A DNA stretch of 64,000 nucleotides from an uncultured Methanosarcinales archaeon (GTDB lineage Archaea; Nanobdellota; Nanobdellia; Woesearchaeales; UBA11576), in NCBI GenBank assembly GCA_964563755.1, contig CAZLYC010000006.1, positions 3,099 to 67,098 on the forward strand, in the 5' to 3' direction. A model generated the notes under the pieces. The model was not told the DNA's origin. It ran no database searches and worked only from the letters and a program-made list of their open reading frames with translations. Below are positions 35,876 through 44,948 of the stretch, one piece after another. Position 1 is the stretch's first letter; every line of letters begins with the position of its first letter. The position numbers and the translations under genes are program-made.

Positions 35876-38374
35876 ATGGCAACAAAGATTTGGCTATACT
35901 TTGTTTTTGTATTGGTTCTTGCGTTCGGCGTTTCCGCAGTAGGCAACGTCAGCATCGCTGAGAACAGCATATCCTTGTCAGGATATCCGGGGACAATAAA
36001 CAGCTCTGGGATAATAAACGTCGCGGATATCGGCGCTTCAGCACTATCTGGCATAGTAGTTAACGCCACAGCTCTCAACGGAGTAGGCGGAACGATACCT
36101 GCCAGTGCCTTGATGCTTGTGCCTAACACTCTCAACCTGAATGCAGGCGAGAGCAGGCCAGTCGCTGTCGTTTTCACAGTCCCTTCCGATAAGAAAGCAG
36201 GCAGTTACACAGGCACTCTTAGTGCTGTGTTCTCTACAGCACATCAGGATACTGCTTCATTGACAGTCACAGTCAACCCTGTTAATGATTTCTCTGCGTC
36301 CTCGACAACACCTTCGATTGTACCGGGACTCTCAGGAAAGATCACAGTCACAGTTACAAACGCAGGCAACACAGACCTGAACGGAATGACATACAGCGTG
36401 ACACAGTTCACCTCCGGAACAAACACGCTCGCTGTCTCAGGCAGTGCCACAGGAAACCTGAATGTCGCGTATGGCGCAAGCCAGACATTTGACCTGAACT
36501 TCGCGCCTTCCTCCTCACAGGGAGTCGGCACTTACACAGGCACAGTCACTATAACGCACGGCTCAGTCACAAAGACTATAGGCCTAAGCCTAAGTATAGT
36601 CCCTATCAACAGGCAGATTTCAGCGACAACAACAAACGCTGCTGTTGTCATACACAGGACATTGCTGTTTGTAATGGACACAGATTCAGGAGTCCTGAAG
36701 CTCAACAACACAGGAAATTATCCTCTGTCTGGAATAACCATAAGTCCATCTAATCTTACAGGGCCTTCAATAATATCTTCTTCATCTGTCTCGATAAGCG
36801 AAAACAATTTTGCGCTAAATGTCGGAAGCGGAAAAGATGTTATGATAACCCCTCTGGTTCCTGCGTCAACAACTGCCGGAACATACACAGGCTATCTCAC
36901 AGTGTCTTTCGGCGGTACAAGCCCATTGACAGTCCCTTTCACAGCAGTGATTAAGGATGCTTCAGCATCTGTATCTCTTGGTACAGTTGAATACGAATCA
37001 GCTGAAAGGGGAACTAACGTGAGCAAGTCAGTCACGATAGTCAACAATGGAGATTTTGCTCTAACAAGCGTTACTCTTACTACGAACGCGCCGAATACAT
37101 GGATAACAGGCACAGTGCCTTCATTCCTTGATGTAGGCGGAAGCTTCCAGGTCACAGTCACTTCGACTGTCCCAACAGGCGTAAGCTCGACTGGCGAGAA
37201 GATAGGTTCACTGATATTCAGCTCAATTGAGCTAAGTAAGAGCGTGGACATAAAGGCCAAGGCGCCTTCGATGCTTGAATTCGACAATGTCAAGGTGAGC
37301 ATAAACGACGGATCATATGACTCTGTCTCTGAAGGAGGCACAGTTGATGATGACGCAAAGCCAGGCCACGTATTCTCAGTCAAGGTCAAGCTCGCCAACT
37401 TATTCAGCGATGATGACGATGAGATATCAGACATACAGGTCGATGCGTTGTTCATAGGCGCCGGAGAGGATGGCGATGATATTGACGGAGAGTCTGAAAC
37501 ATTTGATATAGATGGCAGCGATAAGAGCGAAGAGATTGAGCTGGAATTCGACAGCGATATCATAGACTGGGAAGCCGCGACAGGAAAGCTTGCTATGGAG
37601 CTCATAGCAGAAGGAGAGGATGACAATGGCGGAATCCACAGGGCCACATTCAACTTCTCGATAAATCTTGAGAGGGAAGACAGCGCTGATTTCCTCTTCA
37701 CAAGGTTCGATGTGCCTAACACAGTCATGTGCGGAAATACATTCACAATATACGCTGACGTCAAGTCCATCGGCGAGAAGAGCGATGACGAGGTCATCTT
37801 CAAGCTCAGCGCACCAGGATTGGGCGTGAACTTCGAGAAGACCTTAGAGATGGGCGCGTATGACGGCGAAGAGTGCGACGCATTGGATGATGAAGACGAG
37901 GAAGACTGCACAGATTTCAGCTACTCTGAGACATTCACCGTACCTGCTGATGCTCAGTCAGGCGATGTGAGCGTAATGGCAAAGATATACAGGGACAACG
38001 GCAACAAGCAGACTGATGAACAAACAGAGACAGTCAAGATAGACTGCGGGCATTCTGGATCGAGCACAAGCTCAACTTCAAGCCAGAGCACGACATCGTC
38101 ACAGACAACATCAACTAAACCAAAGACTACAACTTCAGACACTACAAAGACCACAAGCTCTGACGTAGATGTGCTTTACACATCAAGCAGCACGCCTTCA
38201 GCAAAGCCAAGCTCAGCTACCGCGTCTGTGTCCACAAGGATAACCGACACAACAGAGAAGAAGAGCTTCACAGACAGTAACGCTTATCTTGCATTGCTTT
38301 CTGTGTTGAGCATAGTGGCGATAATAGGGATAATCACCCTGTTGCTGTTCACATTCACAGCACCGAAGGAATAA
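35876..38374 (+). CDS. Giant cell-surface protein (about 830 aa) with a Thr/Ser-rich stalk and a C-terminal TM anchor. S-layer-like
   Basis: Signal peptide MATKIWLYFVFVLVLAFGVSA, Thr/Ser/Gly-rich beta repeats, acidic DDDDE segment, STSSTSSQSTTSSQTTSTKPKTTTSDTTKTTSS stalk, C-terminal TM. Transcribed divergently from 32630..35335. Confidence 0.7.
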   Translation: MATKIWLYFVFVLVLAFGVSAVGNVSIAENSISLSGYPGTINSSGIINVADIGASALSGIVVNATALNGVGGTIPASALMLVPNTLNLNAGESRPVAVVFTVPSDKKAGSYTGTLSAVFSTAHQDTASLTVTVNPVNDFSASSTTPSIVPGLSGKITVTVTNAGNTDLNGMTYSVTQFTSGTNTLAVSGSATGNLNVAYGASQTFDLNFAPSSSQGVGTYTGTVTITHGSVTKTIGLSLSIVPINRQISATTTNAAVVIHRTLLFVMDTDSGVLKLNNTGNYPLSGITISPSNLTGPSIISSSSVSISENNFALNVGSGKDVMITPLVPASTTAGTYTGYLTVSFGGTSPLTVPFTAVIKDASASVSLGTVEYESAERGTNVSKSVTIVNNGDFALTSVTLTTNAPNTWITGTVPSFLDVGGSFQVTVTSTVPTGVSSTGEKIGSLIFSSIELSKSVDIKAKAPSMLEFDNVKVSINDGSYDSVSEGGTVDDDAKPGHVFSVKVKLANLFSDDDDEISDIQVDALFIGAGEDGDDIDGESETFDIDGSDKSEEIELEFDSDIIDWEAATGKLAMELIAEGEDDNGGIHRATFNFSINLEREDSADFLFTRFDVPNTVMCGNTFTIYADVKSIGEKSDDEVIFKLSAPGLGVNFEKTLEMGAYDGEECDALDDEDEEDCTDFSYSETFTVPADAQSGDVSVMAKIYRDNGNKQTDEQTETVKIDCGHSGSSTSSTSSQSTTSSQTTSTKPKTTTSDTTKTTSSDVDVLYTSSSTPSAKPSSATASVSTRITDTTEKKSFTDSNAYLALLSVLSIVAIIGIITLLLFTFTAPKE

Positions 38375-38424
38375 ATATTTTTAATTTAATATTTTTTATA
38401 TTTCTTATTTTCTATAACACTTAG

Positions 38425-38529
38425 CAGCGCCGCCAATGCCCTTTCGAGCTAGCATATTTTCTATCGGATTTGCTGTGTACTCAGATTTAGATTTGATTTT
38501 GCTATCAGAGCGAGCGGCCGTGGCGGCGC
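38425..38529. repeat. GC-rich palindromic repeat element, type A
   Basis: GCAGCGCCGCCAATGCCCTTTCGAGCTAGC...GTGTACTCAGAT...AGAGCGAGCGGCCGTGGCGGCGC. Confidence 0.65.
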
Positions 38530-38546
38530 TATAATTATTATTAATA

Positions 38547-39026
38547 TTATTTAGGCAAGTCGTTTAGAACTCTTATCCCATATTTCTTCAAATGATTCTC
38601 TGCCTTTGTCGTGAATATGTGATGCTTGTCCCGCGTCAATATGTTGGCGCGTATCCTTAGGCCAAGCACAAGCAGCACCGCGTCACTAGGGTCTTTTACT
38701 ATCCCAAGAAGTCCTGGGTCGAACTCTGAGACGTATGCCTTCTCCCTGTCTTTCTCGCCAGGAGATACGTTGACAGGTATGTTGGTGATGAGCTTCTCTT
38801 TAAGGAAGTTCCTGACGTGGTGGTTTATCTTGCCGTGCATGAGATGATGTTTCAGCACAAGCTCTATGAGGTTGAAGCTGGACATGCCGACTTTTTTTGC
38901 CTTGCAGAAATCGGTTAAGTGGTTGTACCTATCCTTCTCGAACATGTGCATGATGAAGCATGTGTCAAGGAGGTATTCTGCCTCTCCTGACTTAGGCAGC
39001 GCGTCGATGAGCTCCTGCATTATCAC
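38547..39026 (-). CDS. PIN-domain protein (VapC-like nuclease fold)
   Basis: YLLDTCFIMHMF (the first acidic motif of PIN) and ILTRDKHHI near the C-terminus. Confidence 0.55.
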   Translation of the reverse strand: MIMQELIDALPKSGEAEYLLDTCFIMHMFEKDRYNHLTDFCKAKKVGMSSFNLIELVLKHHLMHGKINHHVRNFLKEKLITNIPVNVSPGEKDREKAYVSEFDPGLLGIVKDPSDAVLLVLGLRIRANILTRDKHHIFTTKAENHLKKYGIRVLNDLPK

Positions 39027-39433
39027 TCGCTCGTTATAGAACCTGTCTTGAACTCGATGACCTTCTTCTTCATCTTGTTCAGGCTCTCAAGATATCCTGT
39101 ATGTGTCCCGTATCCTTTAAGCCTGGACTTGTCATCCTTAAGCCTGTTGAGGAATGCCTTCATCCTCTCCATAAGCTCTTCGTCGTGCTCTATGACCACG
39201 CTTATGAAGCTGTCAAGTATGTCCTGCGCATCAAGCACTCTGTTCTGCGCCTTTTCATAGACCTGTATCTTGGTTATTATATTCTTGACATCCTCTTCAA
39301 CGTTATCAAGTTTGGTAGAATAGACAAGGCATTTTTTGCCTCCGTCATCGAAGAAAACTTTTATGTCCGCTCCAGACTTCATGGAGAAATTCTCCACTTC
39401 CATCTTCTGGACTGTGATTCTGACACATTTCAT
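39023..39433 (-). CDS. Hypothetical protein (136 aa) encoded immediately upstream of the PIN gene with a 4-nt overlap. Putative partner
   Basis: Start/stop overlap ATGA-type coupling with the PIN gene. No motif recognised. Confidence 0.5.
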   Translation of the reverse strand: MKCVRITVQKMEVENFSMKSGADIKVFFDDGGKKCLVYSTKLDNVEEDVKNIITKIQVYEKAQNRVLDAQDILDSFISVVIEHDEELMERMKAFLNRLKDDKSRLKGYGTHTGYLESLNKMKKKVIEFKTGSITSE

Positions 39434-39471
39434 GGGGTGAACCTCTTGTTATTTATCGTAGGCTTGAAAGC

Positions 39472-39639
39472 TCAAGCGTCAGGTATCTGCCTGTGCCCTA
39501 CTTCATCAAGGACGTCCTGTGCAGTCTCATCCTTTTTTATTGAAGACGAGCCGCAGAAAGGGCACCTGTTTGGCAGCCTTTCTGTCTTAGGCGAAAATTT
39601 ATATCTGCAGTCTAAGCATCGGAACTTCATTGTCATCAT
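39472..39639 (-). CDS. Small zinc-ribbon protein (about 55 aa)
   Basis: MKFRCLDCRYKFSPKTERLPNRCPFCGSS (C-x2-C-x17-C-x2-C). Start placed at the internal Met. An AT-rich TATA-like sequence lies upstream. Confidence 0.45.
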   Translation of the reverse strand: MMTMKFRCLDCRYKFSPKTERLPNRCPFCGSSSIKKDETAQDVLDEVGHRQIPDA

Positions 39640-39754
39640 CTCTTTTAGGGTTTTGGTTTTTGAAGGGCATTTCAGTATATAAATATTTTTAGAGAAATAG
39701 TTATTTACTACTAAGTAACAAAAATCGTAAGATTTATAAACCGTCAACGACATA

Positions 39755-42724
39755 TTGTTTGAAGGGGATACTTTGGAAGTTACACCGCCACCTTTACCTA
39801 AGAACCGGACTCAATCAGCAGTAGATGATTCTTCATCAGATGATGATGTGACCAAGAAAAGGAAGTTGGATGAGCTTATGCAGCAGATTGAGATAAGCAA
39901 GGCAAAGTCTGCTTATCACGATTCTCCACAGACAAACGAACCTGAGATAGATGCTTCTGCTGTAAGCATGGTTGAGCAGGAAAATCCTGTAGCGTACCCT
40001 TCAGAACAGGGTAACGCTCAATTTGTTCCGCAGGAAGAGCCTGTCGAACAGAAACAAGAAGCGCAAGAAGAAGGCCAGTATATTTCAAAGGATGATATAG
40101 ATTCTATTTTCAGCAATCAGATGCCCAATCCAGGGATTGCCGCGGCGATTCAAGAAGAGGTCGACCCGCAGAAAAGGGACACTGTCAACATGGGACATGT
40201 CCAGCAAGATACTACACCAGTAGTTTATCATCAGCCGCCAGCTCCAAGGGATACTGTCAACATGAATCAGGTTCAACAGAAATTGGATAGGTCTGCTGAT
40301 TATGCAGGGCAGACTCCAAGAGATACAGTGAAGATGGCTTACTCATTTCCGCAGGAAGAATCTTCTGTCAGCGGAGTGTCTCATGCTAACATTCGATTAG
40401 CGGATTCTGACTCTCAGGGTTTTAATGCGAACACGCAAGTGGTAGCGCGCACCAGAACACGCAAAGTCGGAAATCTGACTTTGACTGTCGGCGTTCAGAA
40501 AGACCAGGGGCAGAGGAAATATGATGAGGACAACCATCTTGTGTCTCTCGAGAATCTCATTTTCGCTGTAGCGGATGGTGTCGGTGGTCATCTGAGGGGA
40601 GACGAAGCGAGCAAAGCTGCAGTAGATATCATGAAGAATTTCTATCATGAGAAGGTCATAATCAATGAGAAGAAATCCAAGAAGGAACGCAGAGGGACGA
40701 TCAGCATACTTGATGATGCTACTGAAACCTGCCACGAAGTAATCCTTGGGAAGAATGGGCTGAAGAAAGGTGAGAAAGTCCAAAGCAGCAGCTATGATAT
40801 GATGGGGACAACACTGACAACTCTTGCAGTTTCTGGCAATAAGGCATACATAGCTCACGTCGGTGATTCGAGAATCTACAGGTTCAGGAGGAATCCGAAG
40901 ACCAAGAAACTCGAGGGCGAGCAGCTTACTGAGGATCATGATGCTCTTACACAGAGCCTGAAACTCGCGAAGGATGAGACCGAGAAGCAGGACTCTTTCG
41001 CTTACTGGAAGAACAAGAACGTGCTCACCCAGGCAGTCGGCATGCCGCATGACGCTGGCAGGCTCGAGGTCTGCAAGAGGACTGAGAAGATAAAGGACAA
41101 GGACATATACCTGCTTTGCAGCGACGGGCTTACAAAACCATTCACAAATCATGATGATATGAAGACAGACACAAAGAAGATTGGTGAGATAATAGATAAG
41201 CACATAGATTCTCCACAAAAGTGCTGCGATGCGCTTGTCAGTGCGGCACTTGAAGGCGGAAGCGATGATAACATAACTGCGATGATAGTCTCTTTTGAGA
41301 ATAAAGGTTTTGATTACACAAAGATACTAAAACCTGTGGCTGCTGCAGCGACACTCACAGCATTCGTGGCGACAGTCGCGACAGGCGGATATTTAACATA
41401 TGATTGGCTGTCAAACAGGAAGAGCGCAGAGGTTGCAAAACCAACGACTGCTGCTGTGCAGGTTGTCGAGAAGAAAGAAGATATAGAGCTTGCCAGGCTT
41501 CCCGCTTATGTGCCTGCACCAGTTCCATTGCCGGAGAAACTTACGCCAGAACCTGTTGTTCCTGCTCCTCAACCAGTTGAAGTGAAGCCAGAACCCGTGG
41601 TTCCGACAGCAGTTGCAGAGCAGGTAGTCACTGCTCCAGCACCAGTTCAGCAGCAAGAGAGTTTAGATGCACTTGAGCAGGCATGCAGAGATACTGCTCA
41701 TGAAAGATTTGTCAAGATAATCAAGGATAGCAAGCCGAGGTCTAAAGTAAGGAAGTACAATCTGCTGCCTGACAGCTCAGGAACTCCTTCAGACCAGTGG
41801 GCAATAAACGCTGGAACGTACGAAGCCAACAAGAACGCGAAGCATCCTTGGAAAGGCGGCAAGGCTACAAAAGCGCAGCGTGAGCGTGCGAAAAAGTACA
41901 TACTCGATCACACAGGAAATCCTGTTATGTTCTTGACCCTGAACAGGGCAAGTGAGTTCACAATACGGGACATAAACCCAAGACGTGTCGATGCAGGTAT
42001 AGTCCCTGAATGCAGGCCTTATCAGGCTAAGATTACTTCTGAGAAAGGAAGTAACGACCACATTGATGATAGAGTATTGCCTGGTGAACTAAGACAAGGC
42101 CCGAACTCTGATGATGACAGAACAAGATATGCTGCTGTAACAGATGATGATTCAATTCTGCCTCAGCAGGAATATTCAGCAGTGCAGCGCACAGTTATAG
42201 AGCATCTCTACAAGGAATTCGCTTTCGGGAAGAAGATTAGCGAATCGCAGATGGCAGAAAAAGCAAGTGAATATGGTATACATAAACTGACTGCCTCTTC
42301 TGCAAAGGAAGTCTATCTTAATTTGGCGCTTGCGCGCGATGATGTTGATTATGAACCAGAGATACTGCTTACAGAAGTTGTAGATGACAATGAGTTTATG
42401 CCTTCTGATGAGTTCGGTCCAGAGCTGCTTTTGGAGGACATCCTCTATGAGCCGGTCAAGGCGATGAGCAGGGATGCAGAAAACTGCTTGAAGAATGGCC
42501 AGTGCGAGCTCGCATTGCCGGAGTACACCGGAGACAGCCAAGAGCAGTGGGCCCTTGCGAAGTCAACCATGGATAAGAGAGTTGCTGATTACAAGTCTCA
42601 GCAGATGAAGCAGCAGTGGGAAGCATCATGCAAAAACCGAAATCTTGCAGATCAGTGGAAAAATGCGTGCAAGGATAGGGAACAGAGATTTTCTCAGCCG
42701 ACTGAATACAGGCTTGCGGCTTAA
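39755..42724 (+). CDS. Membrane-anchored PP2C-family Ser/Thr phosphatase with a low-complexity N-terminus, a Pro-rich linker and a C-terminal domain of about 380 aa with unknown function
   Basis: PPM motifs FAVADGVGGH, GTTLTTLAVSGNKAYIAHVGDSRIY, LCSDGL, GGSDDNITAMIV. One TM helix after the phosphatase domain. The frame opens on TTG at 39755; the first in-frame ATG is at about 39878. The start is uncertain. Confidence 0.78.
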   Translation: MFEGDTLEVTPPPLPKNRTQSAVDDSSSDDDVTKKRKLDELMQQIEISKAKSAYHDSPQTNEPEIDASAVSMVEQENPVAYPSEQGNAQFVPQEEPVEQKQEAQEEGQYISKDDIDSIFSNQMPNPGIAAAIQEEVDPQKRDTVNMGHVQQDTTPVVYHQPPAPRDTVNMNQVQQKLDRSADYAGQTPRDTVKMAYSFPQEESSVSGVSHANIRLADSDSQGFNANTQVVARTRTRKVGNLTLTVGVQKDQGQRKYDEDNHLVSLENLIFAVADGVGGHLRGDEASKAAVDIMKNFYHEKVIINEKKSKKERRGTISILDDATETCHEVILGKNGLKKGEKVQSSSYDMMGTTLTTLAVSGNKAYIAHVGDSRIYRFRRNPKTKKLEGEQLTEDHDALTQSLKLAKDETEKQDSFAYWKNKNVLTQAVGMPHDAGRLEVCKRTEKIKDKDIYLLCSDGLTKPFTNHDDMKTDTKKIGEIIDKHIDSPQKCCDALVSAALEGGSDDNITAMIVSFENKGFDYTKILKPVAAAATLTAFVATVATGGYLTYDWLSNRKSAEVAKPTTAAVQVVEKKEDIELARLPAYVPAPVPLPEKLTPEPVVPAPQPVEVKPEPVVPTAVAEQVVTAPAPVQQQESLDALEQACRDTAHERFVKIIKDSKPRSKVRKYNLLPDSSGTPSDQWAINAGTYEANKNAKHPWKGGKATKAQRERAKKYILDHTGNPVMFLTLNRASEFTIRDINPRRVDAGIVPECRPYQAKITSEKGSNDHIDDRVLPGELRQGPNSDDDRTRYAAVTDDDSILPQQEYSAVQRTVIEHLYKEFAFGKKISESQMAEKASEYGIHKLTASSAKEVYLNLALARDDVDYEPEILLTEVVDDNEFMPSDEFGPELLLEDILYEPVKAMSRDAENCLKNGQCELALPEYTGDSQEQWALAKSTMDKRVADYKSQQMKQQWEASCKNRNLADQWKNACKDREQRFSQPTEYRLAA

Positions 42725-43422
42725 GATTGTTTGACTTGTTTAGATATATTCCAGAAAAACTGGAAATATTTCCTGAATGTTTCTGCGAAAGAAGGGTCAA
42801 CGATTTCTATCAGCACAATCTCTTTCTGTTTTGAGAAAAGGTAGACTTTATTGGAGAACGTCAGGAAAGCTGTTTCGAAAACAGTGCCTTTGGGCAGGTA
42901 TCTGATCTCTTTAGGCCTGAATTCTTCGTTTTTGTATTCTTCTGTCTGTATCATCTTCCAGTTTAGCTGGTTGAGTTTTGGTATGTATTGATACTTCGAT
43001 TCTCCCATCTGGTCTATTAGATATCCTCCTCTGCCCATGAGGAAAAGTTCGCTTTTCTCTCTCAATGCAGAGGTGACTAGATGCTGTATTGCTTTAATGC
43101 CGAACAGTATGTTGACTTCGAGCTTGTCTGACTCTTTTCTTTTGAGGTCTGGAACTATCTTCTTGAAATTAAGATACTTATCATAAGCCTCTTTAGCTAT
43201 CAATGATGCGTCGATTATAGAGTATATCTCGGTGTTCTGAACATGTTTCTTGGATACCCACCCTTTCTTAAAAAGGCTGTTAAGGACGTCATAAACTGTC
43301 CTTCTCTCAATGTTAAGCTCGGATGCTATACTTGGAGCTGACAGTTCGCCCCTTTCTGCAAGAAGGGAGTATATTCTGGCTTCTTTATCGGTAAAGCCTA
43401 TATCCATCATTTCTTTAATCAT
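42721..43422 (-). CDS. TrmB-family transcriptional regulator
   Basis: N-terminal wHTH GFTDKEARIYSLLAERGELSAPSIASELNIERRTVYDVLNSLFKKGW is typical of TrmB. C-terminal sensor-like domain. Confidence 0.7.
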   Translation of the reverse strand: MIKEMMDIGFTDKEARIYSLLAERGELSAPSIASELNIERRTVYDVLNSLFKKGWVSKKHVQNTEIYSIIDASLIAKEAYDKYLNFKKIVPDLKRKESDKLEVNILFGIKAIQHLVTSALREKSELFLMGRGGYLIDQMGESKYQYIPKLNQLNWKMIQTEEYKNEEFRPKEIRYLPKGTVFETAFLTFSNKVYLFSKQKEIVLIEIVDPSFAETFRKYFQFFWNISKQVKQS

Positions 43423-43476
43423 GTGGTGAATAAATCACCACTTAAATATAAATTTTTCGTTTGCTGAATTTTTGCA

Positions 43477-44181
43477 ATGCGCTTCGAAAGAAGGATAGCG
43501 GAACTGTACGATGAAGTTGTGAGGGCAGGATATCATAACAATGCTAAGTACGTCTCTGCACTGCTAAAGATCATTCAACCAGGTTCTTCAGTACTTGAAC
43601 TTGGATGCGGTACTGGTGAAATACTAATACCTCTTGCTGAAAATGGGATTGCATGCGAAGGAGTGGATAGTTCAAAGGAAATGATTGAGAAACTAAGAAA
43701 AAAGAACAAAAAAATACCTGTTTACTTAGAGGATATCAGAACGCACGTCCCGAATAAAGAATATGATTATGTGATTTCCTGTTCTGGACCGTTCTCAATA
43801 AAAGAAGAGTATAATGGTAAACTGGAGCTCGAATCATATTTACTAAAGACAGATGAAGTATTAGAATGTCTGAAGAAGTACTCTGACTCGAGTAAAGAAG
43901 GCATTCTCGTTAACAAGGGAAACAGTAAAGATGGCACAAAAATCATCCTTCCGGGAGGAAACAGATATGTGCATAGAGAGATAAGGGAAAGAGACCTGAT
44001 GATAATGGTGCATATTTTATTTGAGAAGAATAACAAAATTTCTGAGATTACACACCTAAAAAGAAGATACGACCTTGATTTAGTAACAGCACATCATCGT
44101 TCAGCACATTATCGTTTAGTACATCATCGTTCAGCACATTATCATTCAAAAGAAAACCCATTTTATCTTATGTATAGTTAA
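43477..44181 (+). CDS. Class I SAM-dependent methyltransferase
   Basis: VLELGCGTGEILIPLA (motif I), acidic motif II. The C-terminus carries a DNA tandem duplication encoding HHRSAHYRLVHHRSAHYHS. Confidence 0.65.
   Translation: MRFERRIAELYDEVVRAGYHNNAKYVSALLKIIQPGSSVLELGCGTGEILIPLAENGIACEGVDSSKEMIEKLRKKNKKIPVYLEDIRTHVPNKEYDYVISCSGPFSIKEEYNGKLELESYLLKTDEVLECLKKYSDSSKEGILVNKGNSKDGTKIILPGGNRYVHREIRERDLMIMVHILFEKNNKISEITHLKRRYDLDLVTAHHRSAHYRLVHHRSAHYHSKENPFYLMYS
44091..44150. repeat. 30-bp tandem duplication (2 units) inside the 3' end of the methyltransferase gene
   Basis: ACATCATCGTTCAGCACATTATCGTTTAGT / ACATCATCGTTCAGCACATTATCATTCAAA. Confidence 0.5.
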
Positions 44182-44212
44182 AATAATAAATAAAAAAAAT
44201 TAAGATTTATTT

Positions 44213-44785
44213 TTAATGCGCGAGCCTTAGGTTAGCACGCTGGCTTGGCCTTATCTTCTCTGCGCCTTTTCCTTTGCGGTAGAGTCCTCTTGATCTCTTT
44301 CCAGACGATGTCAGTCCTCTGTTCACTCTGCCTTTCTGGTCTACCATGAAGCTGAGCTGCTTGTCTGCGATTATCTGAGGATGGTCTCTGTCTACCAGTA
44401 TGACCTCGAACCAGTAATAGATACCGTCTCGTGCCAGCCAGTATGAATTGAGAACTTCGCAATTAGGGTATCCGCTGTTCGCCCTCTGCTCTGCAACTGT
44501 CTGGTATGCAAGGTTAAGAATCTTGAGTCGTCTCATGGCCTTGCTTCGTCTTCCGCCTTTGAATTTCTGTCTCAGGCGTCCTCCTCTTTCGACTCTCTGC
44601 CTTACGACGAATATGCCGGGCTTCGCCCTGTATCCTAGCGACCTTGCCCTGTCCATTCTTGTAGGTCTTTCAATCTTTACAGTGGCTGGTCCTTGTCTCC
44701 ATTCGATGAGTCTTGCTCGCCAAATCTCTGGCATCTTATTTGAGGGCTTGTTCCATGCCTCTCTTACGTATTTTAGGTATCCCAT
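44213..44785 (-). CDS. rpl15e: 50S ribosomal protein L15e
   Basis: MGYLKYVREAWNKP...RPTRMDRARSLGYRAKPGIFVVRQRV...SYWLARDGIYYWFEVILVD is the L15e family signature. Confidence 0.9.
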   Translation of the reverse strand: MGYLKYVREAWNKPSNKMPEIWRARLIEWRQGPATVKIERPTRMDRARSLGYRAKPGIFVVRQRVERGGRLRQKFKGGRRSKAMRRLKILNLAYQTVAEQRANSGYPNCEVLNSYWLARDGIYYWFEVILVDRDHPQIIADKQLSFMVDQKGRVNRGLTSSGKRSRGLYRKGKGAEKIRPSQRANLRLAH

Positions 44786-44948
44786 CTTAGGCCTCCGTTA
44801 TTGTTCTCTTGGCCAAATTCAGGCAAGCCATCGCCCACATCTTTGGCACATTGGTGAAAAAAGAGGTTATTTATAAAGGTGTTGGAACAAAGTTTTTAAA
44901 TCAAAACCATCTCAAACCAGTCATTATGACTTTTAACGAGGGTTTTCT

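Noticed and set aside
36892-37911. 339-aa Ser-rich minus-strand ORF
   Set aside because: Antisense to the giant surface-protein gene (35876-38374), which has a signal peptide, domains and a C-terminal TM anchor. The poly-Ser translation is a mirror of the Thr/Asp-rich sense strand.
40397-41218. 273-aa minus-strand ORF
   Set aside because: Lies entirely antisense within the PP2C phosphatase gene, whose motifs are unambiguous. No motifs. Leu/Cys-rich, typical of a shadow ORF.
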